This document shows, piece by piece, positions 12,088 through 24,900 of a stretch of DNA of 64,000 nucleotides; position 1 is the stretch's first letter, and the number at the start of each line of letters is the position of its first letter. The stretch lies in contig JAQGDQ010000204.1 in the NCBI GenBank assembly GCA_030141605.1, positions 1-64,000 on the forward strand, in the 5' to 3' direction. The position numbers were made by a program, and so were the translations under genes. Below the pieces are notes generated by a model. That model was not told the origin of the DNA. It saw only the letters and a list, made by a program, of their open reading frames with translations, and did not search any database. The stretch comes from Tubiluchus corallicola (lineage: Eukaryota; Animalia; Priapulida).

Positions 12088-12163
12088 ATGCTGTCACCGT
12101 TTAAAGCAGTTTTTTTAGTCGTTCTGAATCTGTGGTGTGGTTTACGTTTTTCGTTTGCTGAAG
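12088..12163 (+). CDS. MAM gene exon 1, signal peptide MLSPFKAVFLVVLNLWCGLRFSFAE
   Basis: ATG, hydrophobic core, S-F-A cleavage-like site, phase-1 donor AAG|GTGATG compatible with exon 2; missed by the ORF track. Confidence 0.7.
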
Positions 12164-15100
12164 GTGATGTATAAAAATTGTTATTTCTGTAATTTCAATC
12201 ATACTTTTTGAAACAATAAGTGTGAGAAACTGCTACTTCATGATGCCCCAAGTCAAAAAATTCATGTCATAACAGGACATAGCAAACTAATTTGAGTTTA
12301 ATAAGAAACTAAGGAATGAGTAATAGAAATCAACTTACATCGTGGCTCTACTACTCTTGATAAAAAATGGTTTAACTGAAAGAAATTTTAGTACATCTTG
12401 GATTTACACACGATTACCATCAATAAAAAGCGACTAATTTGGGCGATAAAGACGAAATAACAATGCACGAATGTTCCACATAGTGTTTATCTACCTTTTT
12501 AACCGTTAATTTTGGCGATGGTAATACACTGACAAACATATACGTATTTATTATATACCAAGTCACCTTATATATTAAGGCTGCAGACATTAAGAACTAA
12601 AGGTTATAGACAGCGTTACACAGTTTTACAAACCAGAATTTCTCAAAATGGAACTGGAATTAACTCGTAGTTGTTTGTCCAGGTGGAGATAACAAAAAAA
12701 AGTACTAAACACTCGCTCTGAAACCTCCACGAAGTGCTTCTCGAATGTTTTTTGTACATGGTGTTCGGTCAAAAACCGGCGAAAAGATTCACACTTTGGC
12801 ACTCTATTCCCGCCCTTTTTCACAAATGTTGAATATCTGTTAGATATTTTTTGTGTAATAGGGTTACTACCATGACAGACAAAAACAAACAAACAAACAA
12901 ACAAACAAACAAACAAACAAACAAACAAACAAACAAACAAACAAACAAACAAACAAACAAACAAACAAACAAACAAACCGTGTTGAAGCATAACTTTCTT
13001 GGCACAGACAAAAATAACTAAAATAATTATCCCTCACTGTAACTCTGACCCTAAACACACATTTAACTAAGTTTCACATTTTTTCCTGTGCCATTTTTAC
13101 CTGTGCAGTTTTTACCCACGTTGCCTTTCCTGCCACTTTGCCTGTGCCATTTTTTCCTATACCATTTTGCCTACATTCCCTGACGATAGCTTAGGATCCA
13201 TCCAATTCTAAGACTTGGAGAATTTTCCAGGGCCTTGTAAATATCGGGTGGAATCGGCAGTGGGCGACAAAAAGTGACTATCCAGAGATCCCTCATAATG
13301 AAGAAGACTAGACACCAATCTTCACAGGTGTTAAAATGAAAACAAAAGATAGAGCTAATGCAGTCGGACAGCTCAGTAAAAAAAGAAAGCAGATTTATGG
13401 GCGAAAGATCAATATTATCGAGAATAATAAAAGATTAATATTCATTTGCATAAGAATTGTCCATCACAAACTATTATGCAAATCGAATTTAATTCAAGAA
13501 AAACGCATTGCTTCTCGTGTTCACAGTTAAAATTAAATTGTTTTCTGTAAATAATCCTTTGAAGAAATATTCATTTTCTTGCATCGTTGCCATGCATTAT
13601 GAAGTATAACCCATTCCACTGTGTTGTTGTCATTCCCTTGAAGCCAAAACACATTCCAACATTGAGGAAAAAGGATTTAAGGAAATAGGCGCGAGCAAGA
13701 TACCGAAGAGAGCACATCGTGGTGCAAATGACAGAAATCTTATTTAGCTCACATGAAGAGTTTGTAGCTTGTCGCCCATTTGTACAGTGTCTTGTACAGC
13801 TCTCCAATATTTGGTTTTGACAAAATGTTGTAACTAGGCAATAATTTTGTACTTTTGAGAACATGCCCCGACATTTATGCTCATTTCTTTGTTTTAGAAT
13901 GGCTTCCAAATTCTCCAATAGACTGCGACTTTGCATCTAATATATGTGACGGATACAGTGTAATGGACTCACAAAGACTGGAGTGGGAATTAACGAACTA
14001 CAATCGAAGACCTTGTGGTGATGGAGTAACCATTGGTGCGTTTTGAACACAGTGCTTATTTGAATTTTAGAGTTAGTTTCTCATTGATCGTTCTGTTTTC
14101 ATAATATTTGTCTAATATTAAAGTGTGTAACTTGTATTAAAGTCAAACAAAACCTTCACTATAATATAAGGTTTTATAACTTAAAAAATTCGACTCTCAT
14201 TAGGAATATTAAATTTGTTTTACTATAAAATTTACTGTAAAACTTGTTTCTTTTAATTTTTTATTACTTCATTGTTGGTGAAATTAAATTTAAAGAACTG
14301 CCATTTTTCGTTGCGCGAGACGAAGGACGCAATGAGCACAGTCACTAGGTCACCAAAGATTGGTAAACAAACTTGGGTAACCAAAGATGCTTTCTCTACC
14401 TCATGGCGATCTTTAGAGCAATGCACGAGTTTGAAACGGGTTACGTTTATTTACAGTTATTTAAGTAGTTAATTTAAGTTTTCAAAAAATTTTCGTGGTT
14501 TCTCACATTAAAACTTAAAACGACGATATTGATGGCGATGGCAGCGACAGTGATTATCACGAAGATGATAGCGATAAACGTTTTCGTTTTCTGTAGGTAA
14601 TTACATGCACGTTAGCGGCCAAAGGCTGCATGGAGAGTCAACTCTTCTATCAGGTCAGAATCCAACTAGTGGATTTCAAGCTCACAATCTGACGTTTTGG
14701 CACAACATTCAAAGAAGAGGAGAAGCAGAATTTAACTTGAAGCTCCACGTCGGCATCAAAATTGACGGTAGTGACTCTTTAATTATCTGGGAATCTGACA
14801 ACCCTCCGGCTGAAGTAGATGATTGGAAGAAGGAAGATGTCAATTTGCTGCAATATCTAGATGGAACTGAGGAATATTTTCAGGTTGGTATTTTTGATGG
14901 TACGACCTGTGCGTAAATTTGTACAGTTTTTAAGTGTTGTTTTGAGAAGCTATTTTTTAAGGCAAACTTCGTTACATTTTTTGTAATTGCATAAAAATCG
15001 AAATTCCAGTAATAATCATTGTACAAAAACCATTATTACCATATTGTGTTTTGTTATGACAATAGTTTTTTTTAGATATCTTTCCTCGTTTTCGGAAGTA

Positions 15101-18100
15101 ATGCGGTGACAGAAGATATCTGCTTAGATGCAGTGAAGGTCAATGGATACAGTAAGTACTGAAAGTAGCTAGTAGATTTAGTTTTTTGTATTAATACTAT
15201 AATGATAACTTCATTAATGCCTATATTTACGATTTTTACATATTCATATAAGAAGCGTTATGTTCATGTAGTGTAGAACTGCTTAACTTTATTCTAAGCT
15301 CTCTAATAAAGTTAAGCAGTTCTATCACGGCTTTGTCACTTTAATGTTGTTCTGTAAATTCACAGGATTTCGGATTCAGCGGATCCAGTCGGAAACATAT
15401 CCAGGTCTTTAAAGCATGGTATACTAATGTTCCATGAGCATTTCACTCGTAGGACCTGCAAAATTATATGAGCACGGCAATATAGGCCTATTACAACTCG
15501 ACAAATTTATTAAATTAATAAATTTTATTAAATTAAATTTGGTAACTAAGTGAATTATTTTGTAATTTCAGCAAATTACACAGGTGTTGAGCCTCCAGAA
15601 CAAGGTAGGTCACATGCTTTTAGTGAAATATAGTTATCGCCGAAAAATTCGACTTTCAGGTGCCTACACGAAAACTCACCAGCGTGAAGCGTTCTTCAAA
15701 TTTGAATATTTTGTTATTTTACTTAAACTGCTTTTAATAATGAAAGTCGTTAGCGATAAGTTCAAATCAGATTGCTCCAGAACTGAAAAAACATAATTTT
15801 CTACGCTTTTTGGTGGAAATAAGCCCTCTTTGTGGTGCTTCCACAGTGATTCTTGTAATATTGCTTCCATCATGTCACTGAAACTCATTGGTACAGCTTT
15901 AACGTAACACGATTAATCTTTAAGCTCCAGACCCGATAGTGACACATCGAAACTGGCTATTTATGATTGTAGACGAAGTTGAGTTTTAGGTGATTTGCAA
16001 AATTTCCAAACATTTCCAAAAGTCGAATAACAGATCATCCAGCTAGGCTAGCAAGCCCTATATTCTTCATTTAAAAGTTGCTATTATGCCTGCACTATAA
16101 ATAAATAAACAGATATATAAATAAAGACTGTTCGTTGCACAGAGTCACCCGTAACTTGCGATTTCGATTTGGGACATCCCTGTGAATATGAGATTTCAAC
16201 ATCAGGAATAGGAAGTGTGGTGAAGTGGTATATTGCTGAGGGTAAAACTGGACCGATCGACGGCTCACATTCTGACGACGGCGACGGTAATTATGTCTAA
16301 CGTACTTGTTTTTTTATATGCTGTAAAAAAACTTAAGGGAGTAAGGCATACAAGAGAGGACCCAATTTAGTTTAGTTGAAATTTTCATTAATGCAATTTT
16401 TTCTACAATAGGCTCACTTTGGATACCGCATGCTTTCACACCGTAGGAAGCAATTCAATTTTTGTACATTCAAGCACACCACTGCATTTTTGCGCTGCTT
16501 ATTTTTTAAGAAACATCAGCATTTGTTCTAACTATTAGAAATATTTACTGCGTGAGATAACTATCATGGCATCTGTATACGTTTTAGGAATAGATGGCAC
16601 GCATTGGTACAATTTAAGGTGCACTAGCTTTGTATTAGTAAACTACATTTCGTGTGGTCACTATTATTATAATTATTCAGCTTTTTGCATTAACACAAAT
16701 TACGAAATTATGACATAAATTAAAGAAAAACTTGTTGAACGTCATTGATGAGAATGGGGTGAAACGGTCTTGTGAAGTAAAAACGCTGAATGTTTTTCGT
16801 GTGCTCTTGTTTAACTCAATTCAAGTTTTGGCTGTAAAAGTTCAGTTTTCTAATAAGTTCTAAATTTGCTTTGTGCAAAATGTACCCAAATGTTTCTCAA
16901 GTTTTGTGAGGCTACACCTAAAACTAAACTTCTTGCGTTTCCCATTTCACTGTTATTTTTACAGGAAAGTACATGTATGTGAGAGGACGCACGGGTGGTA
17001 ACATTTTCTGGACTGATCTGGAATCCCCAAAACATTCGCCTGATATATACCCCGCCTGCTACCTCCACTTCTGGTACAATGCTGGCACAAATAATCTCTT
17101 TCTGCATGTAAACATCATGGTAGACGAAGAAAGCGACCTGATTTGGACCACGCTTTATGATGACCATAACGTTTATGAATGGCGCGAGGCGTCAATAGAT
17201 TTATCGGAATTTAAACCGGAAGTATTCAAGGTGCTATTATTATATCACATCTTTATAAGAGGAGTATAATTATACCTATGTTATATTTGTAATTTTTATA
17301 CATATTTTTTTACAATCAACTTATTTTTGGAAAGACACATCTTAAAAGCCTTGTGTTATCTGCAACGTGATGGTTAGACTAAGGTTAGAATTTTTCATAA
17401 AAAACTGATCATTCACTGTTTGTAGTATGCATGCATAATTGTTACTTATTGTTCTGTTATAGATTTCATTTAGAGCAGAAACAAAACCTTACGTTAACTC
17501 GGAAAACTCGTCCATGGCACTCGATTCTATTGAGTTGTTAACTGGAGACTGTGAGTATGGCGCACACTATTCTTAGTGTATAAACTATTCTTAGTTTTAA
17601 GTTATTTATTATTAGCTATTACTTGCCAACATCGTACTTTTTTCTGATAAAATTTTATCGCAGTTTGCTTCTCCCAGCAGTTTGTGTCCTTACAAGCTGG
17701 GTGGAAGAATTTTTTTATTAACGAGTGGATTGCATAAGTTAGCATAAAATACTAACCATAATTTGCTTGACACCTCTTGAGTATACCTTTGGGGTTAAGT
17801 TTTAGTTGACTGAGTAGTCGGTAAACTAGAATACTTTTCAGTAATGAAACTCGAGTGAAATTCATCTATGTATACTATAAACCTAACAACTGTTTAGTAG
17901 GATATCGAAGATCCGCTGTTATGATGTTGTTTTATAGGTGAATATGTTACGCCTACACCAGAACCAACAGAAGGTAAGAGCTACTCTTGTGATATTTATT
18001 CATTTAACAGTTATTCGAAATTTCTATTTTATTTCCTTTGCGTTACCGCTTGCACCGTTCTTTCCAGTTTTTGCTTCTTGTTTTCTCAGCTTTTGCCACA

Positions 18101-21100
18101 GTCACTCTTTAAATGGCTTCATAGCGTATTTTTAGGCACGTACATTTTACCTTACCATGTGTGGAATTGTAAATTATAATAGCTACATGAGCAAAAAGTG
18201 ATGTATGGGAAAACTGAAAGAAGCAATGTTAAAACACTTATATGAATTTATGAGAGTAACGTTTATTTTTGCTTTGTGATAACTGTGATTTCTTTTGAAC
18301 TCACAGACTGTATTTTACTGGTTTTTATTGATATTTCAGAACCTGAAAGGATTGGTTCTCCTATTGACTGTGACTTTAACACACAAGGTGATATCTGCGA
18401 TTATGAAATTCGAGGTGAAGACTTGCGGTTTAATTGGGAACAAGAATCACATACTCCATGTGATGATTCCATTACACCTGGAGGTAGTAGCTACATAATT
18501 TAATTCTATTGTTTGCCTTTCAATATCACAAAACTTAATAATTAGTATAATTACACTTACTGGACCTTGAATCAGTACAGTATGCCGTAATATTGCTTGT
18601 TAGTGCACTGTTTCTTTTAGAACACCATGTACATTTATTTTTATTTTAACTATGTACTAACATACGTAAGAAATGTCACTGAAAAGTAACAAAACTTCAC
18701 ATAATAAAATTAATACATGTGTACCAGATTTAAAACTTTCTAATATTATTGGCGATCATTACTTTTCTTACAACACTTCATTTTGTTCTACCTTTTGTTC
18801 TTCATTGAGTGACTAAATCCTAATGATCCAAATCCTTGTTTAAATGAACGATTGCTACCGAAGTATCTTTCTATGGTAAAAATAGACAAAATTAACTACG
18901 TAACTATGCTTAAACATTTACGTAACTATTTAATTATTATTTTTTTCAGGGGCACACATGCATGCAACGAACAACATGCCGTATATTACGCAAAAGCTGA
19001 CAAATCTGGTTTCACTTCCTCATGAACGTAATTGGAATGAAACAGCCTGCAACCTCACGTTCTGGTGGAGTGGCATAGAAAATGGAAATGAACTTGAGGT
19101 GAAGGTTCCTCTACTATATGTAAAGTACATTAACTAAATATCTCTGGAACAGTAGCATTGTTTTTATTATTTTCATACTTTTACTTGACGTAACATACTA
19201 TTTTGCAACCATCACTGTTTAGTATAGAGGCAAAGATGTTTTTTTTATAAAGGAATGTCACATTCATGCAAACATCGAGCGTATAGAACTTCATACGCCC
19301 AGTCTGGGATGTAATTGTTCTTTTACGGGAACACATGTAATTAATATTAGTATTCTATATATATATATATATAGTGCGTGTTAAATTTGTCTTGTTTCAT
19401 TGACCAGTTATTTTGTTTAGGAATACAAAATTTGTAGCTTTTTCAGCTACTTTATCACTAACAAAGAATGTCAGTTTGAACCAATTTTGGCTTTTCTTAT
19501 GATAACTAACTAAACTGACTCTTGCTAGGTGCATGCAATTACTGAAGAATATGTACAAGACATTTTGTGGTCGTCTAAAAACAAAGCTGGTTTAGGTTAC
19601 CAGTGGAAGCAAGAAACAATCGATATTAGCATGTACAGCATTGTAGATTTTCAGGTAAGGAGTAAAACATATTAAATGAAATTATTTATTGGGTGTCAGT
19701 GTTCTCAAACCACAATAAAAATATGTTGGTGTGAATTAATTGCAATTTGCATACAATGTATCTACACGATTTTACAGTTTTAAGTAATTGACGATCTGAA
19801 TAATTGAGTTGAAAATGAAGTCAGGACATCGGATGCGTTTCAATTAAATAAAAAGATGCTAGACTTTTTACATATATTACTGTTATAGATATTGTTTAAA
19901 GCCCTTTCACAGTTAAACGAATTTTCTACGGTTTGTGTGGACGAAGTTAAAGTGGAAATTTGCGAAATTGATCCGGAAGTACCGACAGAAGGTAAGCAAG
20001 CCCATCTTCCCGACTAAACATTAATTGTTTTTAGCTCTTCAAAAATATTAAACATGTTGCAAAGCAGAACCTTTCTTGTTGCTAGTTGCTACGCAAAAAG
20101 TTCGACTCAAACAATTGGTTGAGGGACTCGTTAAACTCAAAATCGTAGATTAGAAATGACTCAATATCGCCATTTTGAAGTTAGTATGTCATATCGAAAA
20201 TCCGCGTCCGTCACTCGATATAGAATTCAATCTACTATATTCCTCTTATAATAGAATAGATTGTTATAACATAATTTATTGAAGGTGTAACTTCAAGGTT
20301 TGAAACAGACAGGTTTACAACTGATATATGTTCTCCCCTAGTGGGAGCGAACGCTAGACAGATGCAGAACAATGGTGACCACAATGTACAAAAAATGTTA
20401 CAAAAAATATAAGCATTAATATGTAACAAGAGTAACAAACTTAATGCTATTTAAAGCGCTTGGTGTTTGAAATAAAAGACTGCACTAAAACAAAAATTTG
20501 AGTGTTCACAGAATTATATAAGGTATGGTTCCCGTACAGGAACAAACGCATAAGTTCATTTGATGCAAGACTGTAAACATTGATGTTAAAAGCTGACAAA
20601 AGAGCGCAGAGATTTGTAAATAAGTCATGTCTGGCCTGATGGTAAAGAGGGCAGCTAATTAAGTAATGATCGACTGTTTCATAAGTAGAACCACATTGGG
20701 TGACACTAGCGACCCATCGTAATTTTTACATTTTCTAAAGTATAAATCATAATTAAGCTGGCAAAAACCAACTCTCATTCTAGTATGGTGTACAGATGAA
20801 TTTCGAGTACAACTAGAAAAGTAAGTAGGCCGCTTATTAAAACACATGTGATTCTTTAGTCGAGATTTAAAGATGTTTAAAGAGTTAGAGTTACGGATAT
20901 CAAGAGGTAAACTATTCCAGCAAAAGCAGTTGAGTGGCAGATGTAATTAGAAAATTTTTCATGATTACGGACTGGATACAATGTAATATCCCTTACACGA
21001 GGAGGCAAAATATTAAAAAAGTAGTGGGGAGCTAATTGATTCACGATTTTATAAAAGGCACATAAACGGAAATATTGGAAGCGCTTAGAAATGGGGTCCA

Positions 21101-21869
21101 ATCCTGCTTCGAACAAAAGATTTGAATGACTGGAATCTGACATAGCACCGGTACATATGCGCGCAGCACTCAACTGAATATTATCAAGCAGGGATTCAAC
21201 ATTAATGAGGTTTACCTATGGGGTTAACCCCAATTAACCTATGGGGTTTCATGACGATCTGTTGGGATACGTCGGAGCTTTGGGCTTTTTTCTGAAATAA
21301 TGTTCGGCTAAAGTTTCCAATTCCCCACACACAAGAAATTAGTTCCAGAAGCGGCATGGGATTAGGGTTAGGGTTAGGGCTTGGGTTGGGTTAGGTGGGG
21401 AATTGTAAACTCCTTCCTAATGTTTTCGCCTCCATCTTAATTTAAGATGGCGGATCGAAAACCCGATTCCGTTAGTCGATGCGGAATTCGTTCTACTACA
21501 ATTTTGTGAAGTTTGCCCGAGTCTTGGTCTTTTTTCGAAAGTTATGTTTTCGCCACATTCTTTAATTTAAAACTGCGGATCAAAAATCCGACTCGGTGAA
21601 TATCTACGAAATTCTTTCTAGTATATTGTAGTAAAGTTTAGTGGCATCCGAAGCTTTAGTCTTTTTTCGGAAATAATATCTTTATCGGCGTCTTGTATTC
21701 AAAATGGCGGATTGAAAATCCAGCTTCATCAGTTGGCTCGGAATGTGTTCTAGTATGTTCATGTGAAGTTTCATGACAATCCACTGCGATTTATGGAGTC
21801 TTAGGCTTTTTTCAAAAGGTCATCCCTCCTATAACAGCAACAGCAATGGCAACGACAGCAACAGCGACG

Positions 21870-21929
<60 letters not shown>

Positions 21930-24900
21930 TCTAGAAGAGTAGCGATTTGGCACCCTCGGCCAAAAACTTCCACTCTCAGCAGCAGTCAAGCTAAAAAGTC
22001 CGTTGTGACAGAATTATGAAAAGTCATTCATGGAAAAAAGCAAAACGTTTCTGGTTTATTTCGACCGTTCAAGTTAATGGCCGCATGAATTTTATGAATG
22101 GATTGTCCATCAACTTTCATTAGTCGTCGTTAAGAAGTTAAACGTCCATTATTAAAGTGCATAATTTTATTGCATGTACGTCAAAAACTTTCAGCGTGAC
22201 TTACCAATAAACCACACAGTTCTTGTCTTGTAAACATTAAGTAGCCAATACTAATGGTCGAAGAATATCATCCAAAATAAGAAACTGTTCCCTTCTAAGT
22301 TCTTCAGACAGAAGTGTGAGAATGCTTTAAACAAGACCAGCACACAGTACTGGTTTTGCCAGCACAGGGCACAGGAGTTGAGATTTTGTGTAGGCCCCAA
22401 GTTCACTTTAACTTTTTTATAAACCACATATAAAATGTTACAGATGTGTACAATTATAAAATGTGTACAGTTTATGCTGTATTTCTTAAAGATCCAAAGC
22501 CGAAGTCTCCCATCGACTGCAACTTTGATGCTAGTCAATGTGAATATGAAAACCCTGCAGGTGGTGATCTTTTGCAGTGGCATCGAGGCACAACGGCTGA
22601 AATTGGAGATTCCCATTCAATAGGCAAAAACGGTAAAATACTCATTTTCGCCAGATACGTATTATACATGAGTATAATGTGACATTTTAGATGATTGACG
22701 TTGCACCTAGCCATAGTTTTGAACACATAGCGATAATGACAAATTTCTTGACGCATTATTCGATTACATTATTTCCGTTCAAAACCGTTCGAGATCTATT
22801 CAGAACTGTTTTACAAATCTTTGAGGAATTTGAGTAAATTGGAAGATTTCTCATTTAGACAAAGATAAACTTAATGGCTCAACATCTGGTCTAGGATTTA
22901 CTAATTTACCAATTTTCCAACTTTCTTAATATTAAAGTACACTTACACGTCATATCTCCTAGGTTATTTCTTATAGGACGTTACATGTATGTAAGGGGCA
23001 GACAGCGTAGTGGAAGTAGTGCTACAGCACCTCTGTACAGCCCAACACACACGCAAGAACAATTTACTCCATGCGTTCTCTCATTTTGGTACAGCATGGA
23101 CAACAATGGATATGATTCAACTTTGTATATGACAGTAGAAGTAATGAGCGAAGGCACAACAGAAGAGATCTGGTGTTCCATGTACGAAGACAGCTTTGAA
23201 GGATATTACAAATGGAGAAATATTGAGCTGGGTGTGTCAAAATGGCAAAACAGCAATTTTTCGGTAAAACACTAACAACAACATATTAATGAATAAACAA
23301 CTGAACAAACCGGGAGAAATTAATAAACGGAAATCAGCGATAACTCTATTCTCATAATAAGCTGCCTCTGTAATAGGCTGCTTTAATGGTTTGAAGGGTG
23401 TGGAAGGTTAAAAATAAAGAACTAACTACTATAATGACTTGGTTGATAAGTTTATTTTCATCTCACAGAAATTGTAATAATGCCTGTTAAGTTATTGGCG
23501 GCTCACAGTTCTCTTTTCCGAAAGGTGTTGCTTGTATGACAAAATAGCAGATTCTTGTTATTACTCTGGAGTAAATTAGTTTATAATGAAAATTCACTAT
23601 TTTGTGCATTTGTGTTAGATAATAGACTTTACAGGCGTTAGTGCTGCCTAACACTTTGAATTTATTTATTAATTTTACTTTATAGGTTTTATTCAAGGCT
23701 GTAAACCGCGCTTACTCTGCTCATGATGCCTACGTTGGACTTGATGACGTGCAGTTAATTCCAAAGGATGATTGTAAATATAGACAGAAAATAATGTTTT
23801 TCAGTTATCTGTACTTACAGGAGCAATGTGACTTTTATATATCAAAAAGTGTCAACCTATTACAGCTTTTAACTAACATGAAAGCTAGGCGTAATCTGCA
23901 ACGTTTAATTGAACTGGCTTCAGGGGCCTCAAAGTTACGTCAAGTGCGCTTGGTTTGGGCACAACCAATTAGTGTCCCATATATGACCCCGCCAAACCCC
24001 AAAATCAATGTTAAGTGTCAGGGTCAAGGTGTAAAAGTAGTGTACTGCTCCCAAGTGCCAACTTTCATTGGCTTTGCTTCAGTGACTTTCTGGATACACT
24101 GCGGAAGATTCTGATTTAACTCGTTTTAAAGGTAAACTTTGCTGCCGACGCGGATGACTTGTCAGTAATAAACTAGAAGCCATAAGATACAAGAAGTTTA
24201 TTTTTTCATCAACTTTTTTTCCACAGAGTCACCTTAACAAAGAGAATGCGGTTGAGTATTGTAATGAAGAAGAAGATAGTGAGCCTCAGGTCCCATCGCT
24301 AAAGCCAGGATGAGATTATGAGCGGGCGGACCGTACGGACGTAGAAAATCTACTCTGGGTCCTTAGTGTGTTGGTACTAGTATGATATATTTTCGTGCTT
24401 TATTGAACTTGTTACTTCATTTTCTTATTTTGTAGGTACGTACGTAACAGAACCTCCTGTAGTGACCCAAGGTACGTATAAATTTTATAGACATTCTTTA
24501 TATAAAGTGTGAATAGGTACTATGTGCCAAGTAATTACTGCACAGAAAACAAATTTATCATCGGCAGTAATTTTAAAATATATAAAATCGTTGTAACATT
24601 TCTAAAGACTAAAGAATAATTAAATCTGCATTGCCATAAAAGTTAGTAATGCGTTAGTGCTATTGGTGTGGATTGTCGTAGATTCAAATGTCAAGTTTTG
24701 CGTAGCTATTACGCGTTGACTCACTAAAGCATAAATCATAGCGTAGGAAGTTTCGAGTGCGCATAAGCAAATCCATACACGTTTTTAATTTTAAATTTTA
24801 GTGGTACTTTTTGCTGACATGCAGACAATGAACAAACTTGTTAAATTTTCGCTAGCTTTTCAATTGCAATGTGCATCAATAGGACTGTAAACTGCATTGC

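Noticed and set aside
9189-14035. Peroxidase-MAM fusion protein
   Set aside because: The peroxidase has its own stop and AATAAA, the MAM gene has its own signal-peptide exon, and the last peroxidase donor (phase 2) is incompatible with the phase-1 MAM acceptor.
21362-21395. TTAGGG repeats as a telomere or chromosome-fusion scar
   Set aside because: Only three perfect units, enclosed in a small inverted-repeat element.
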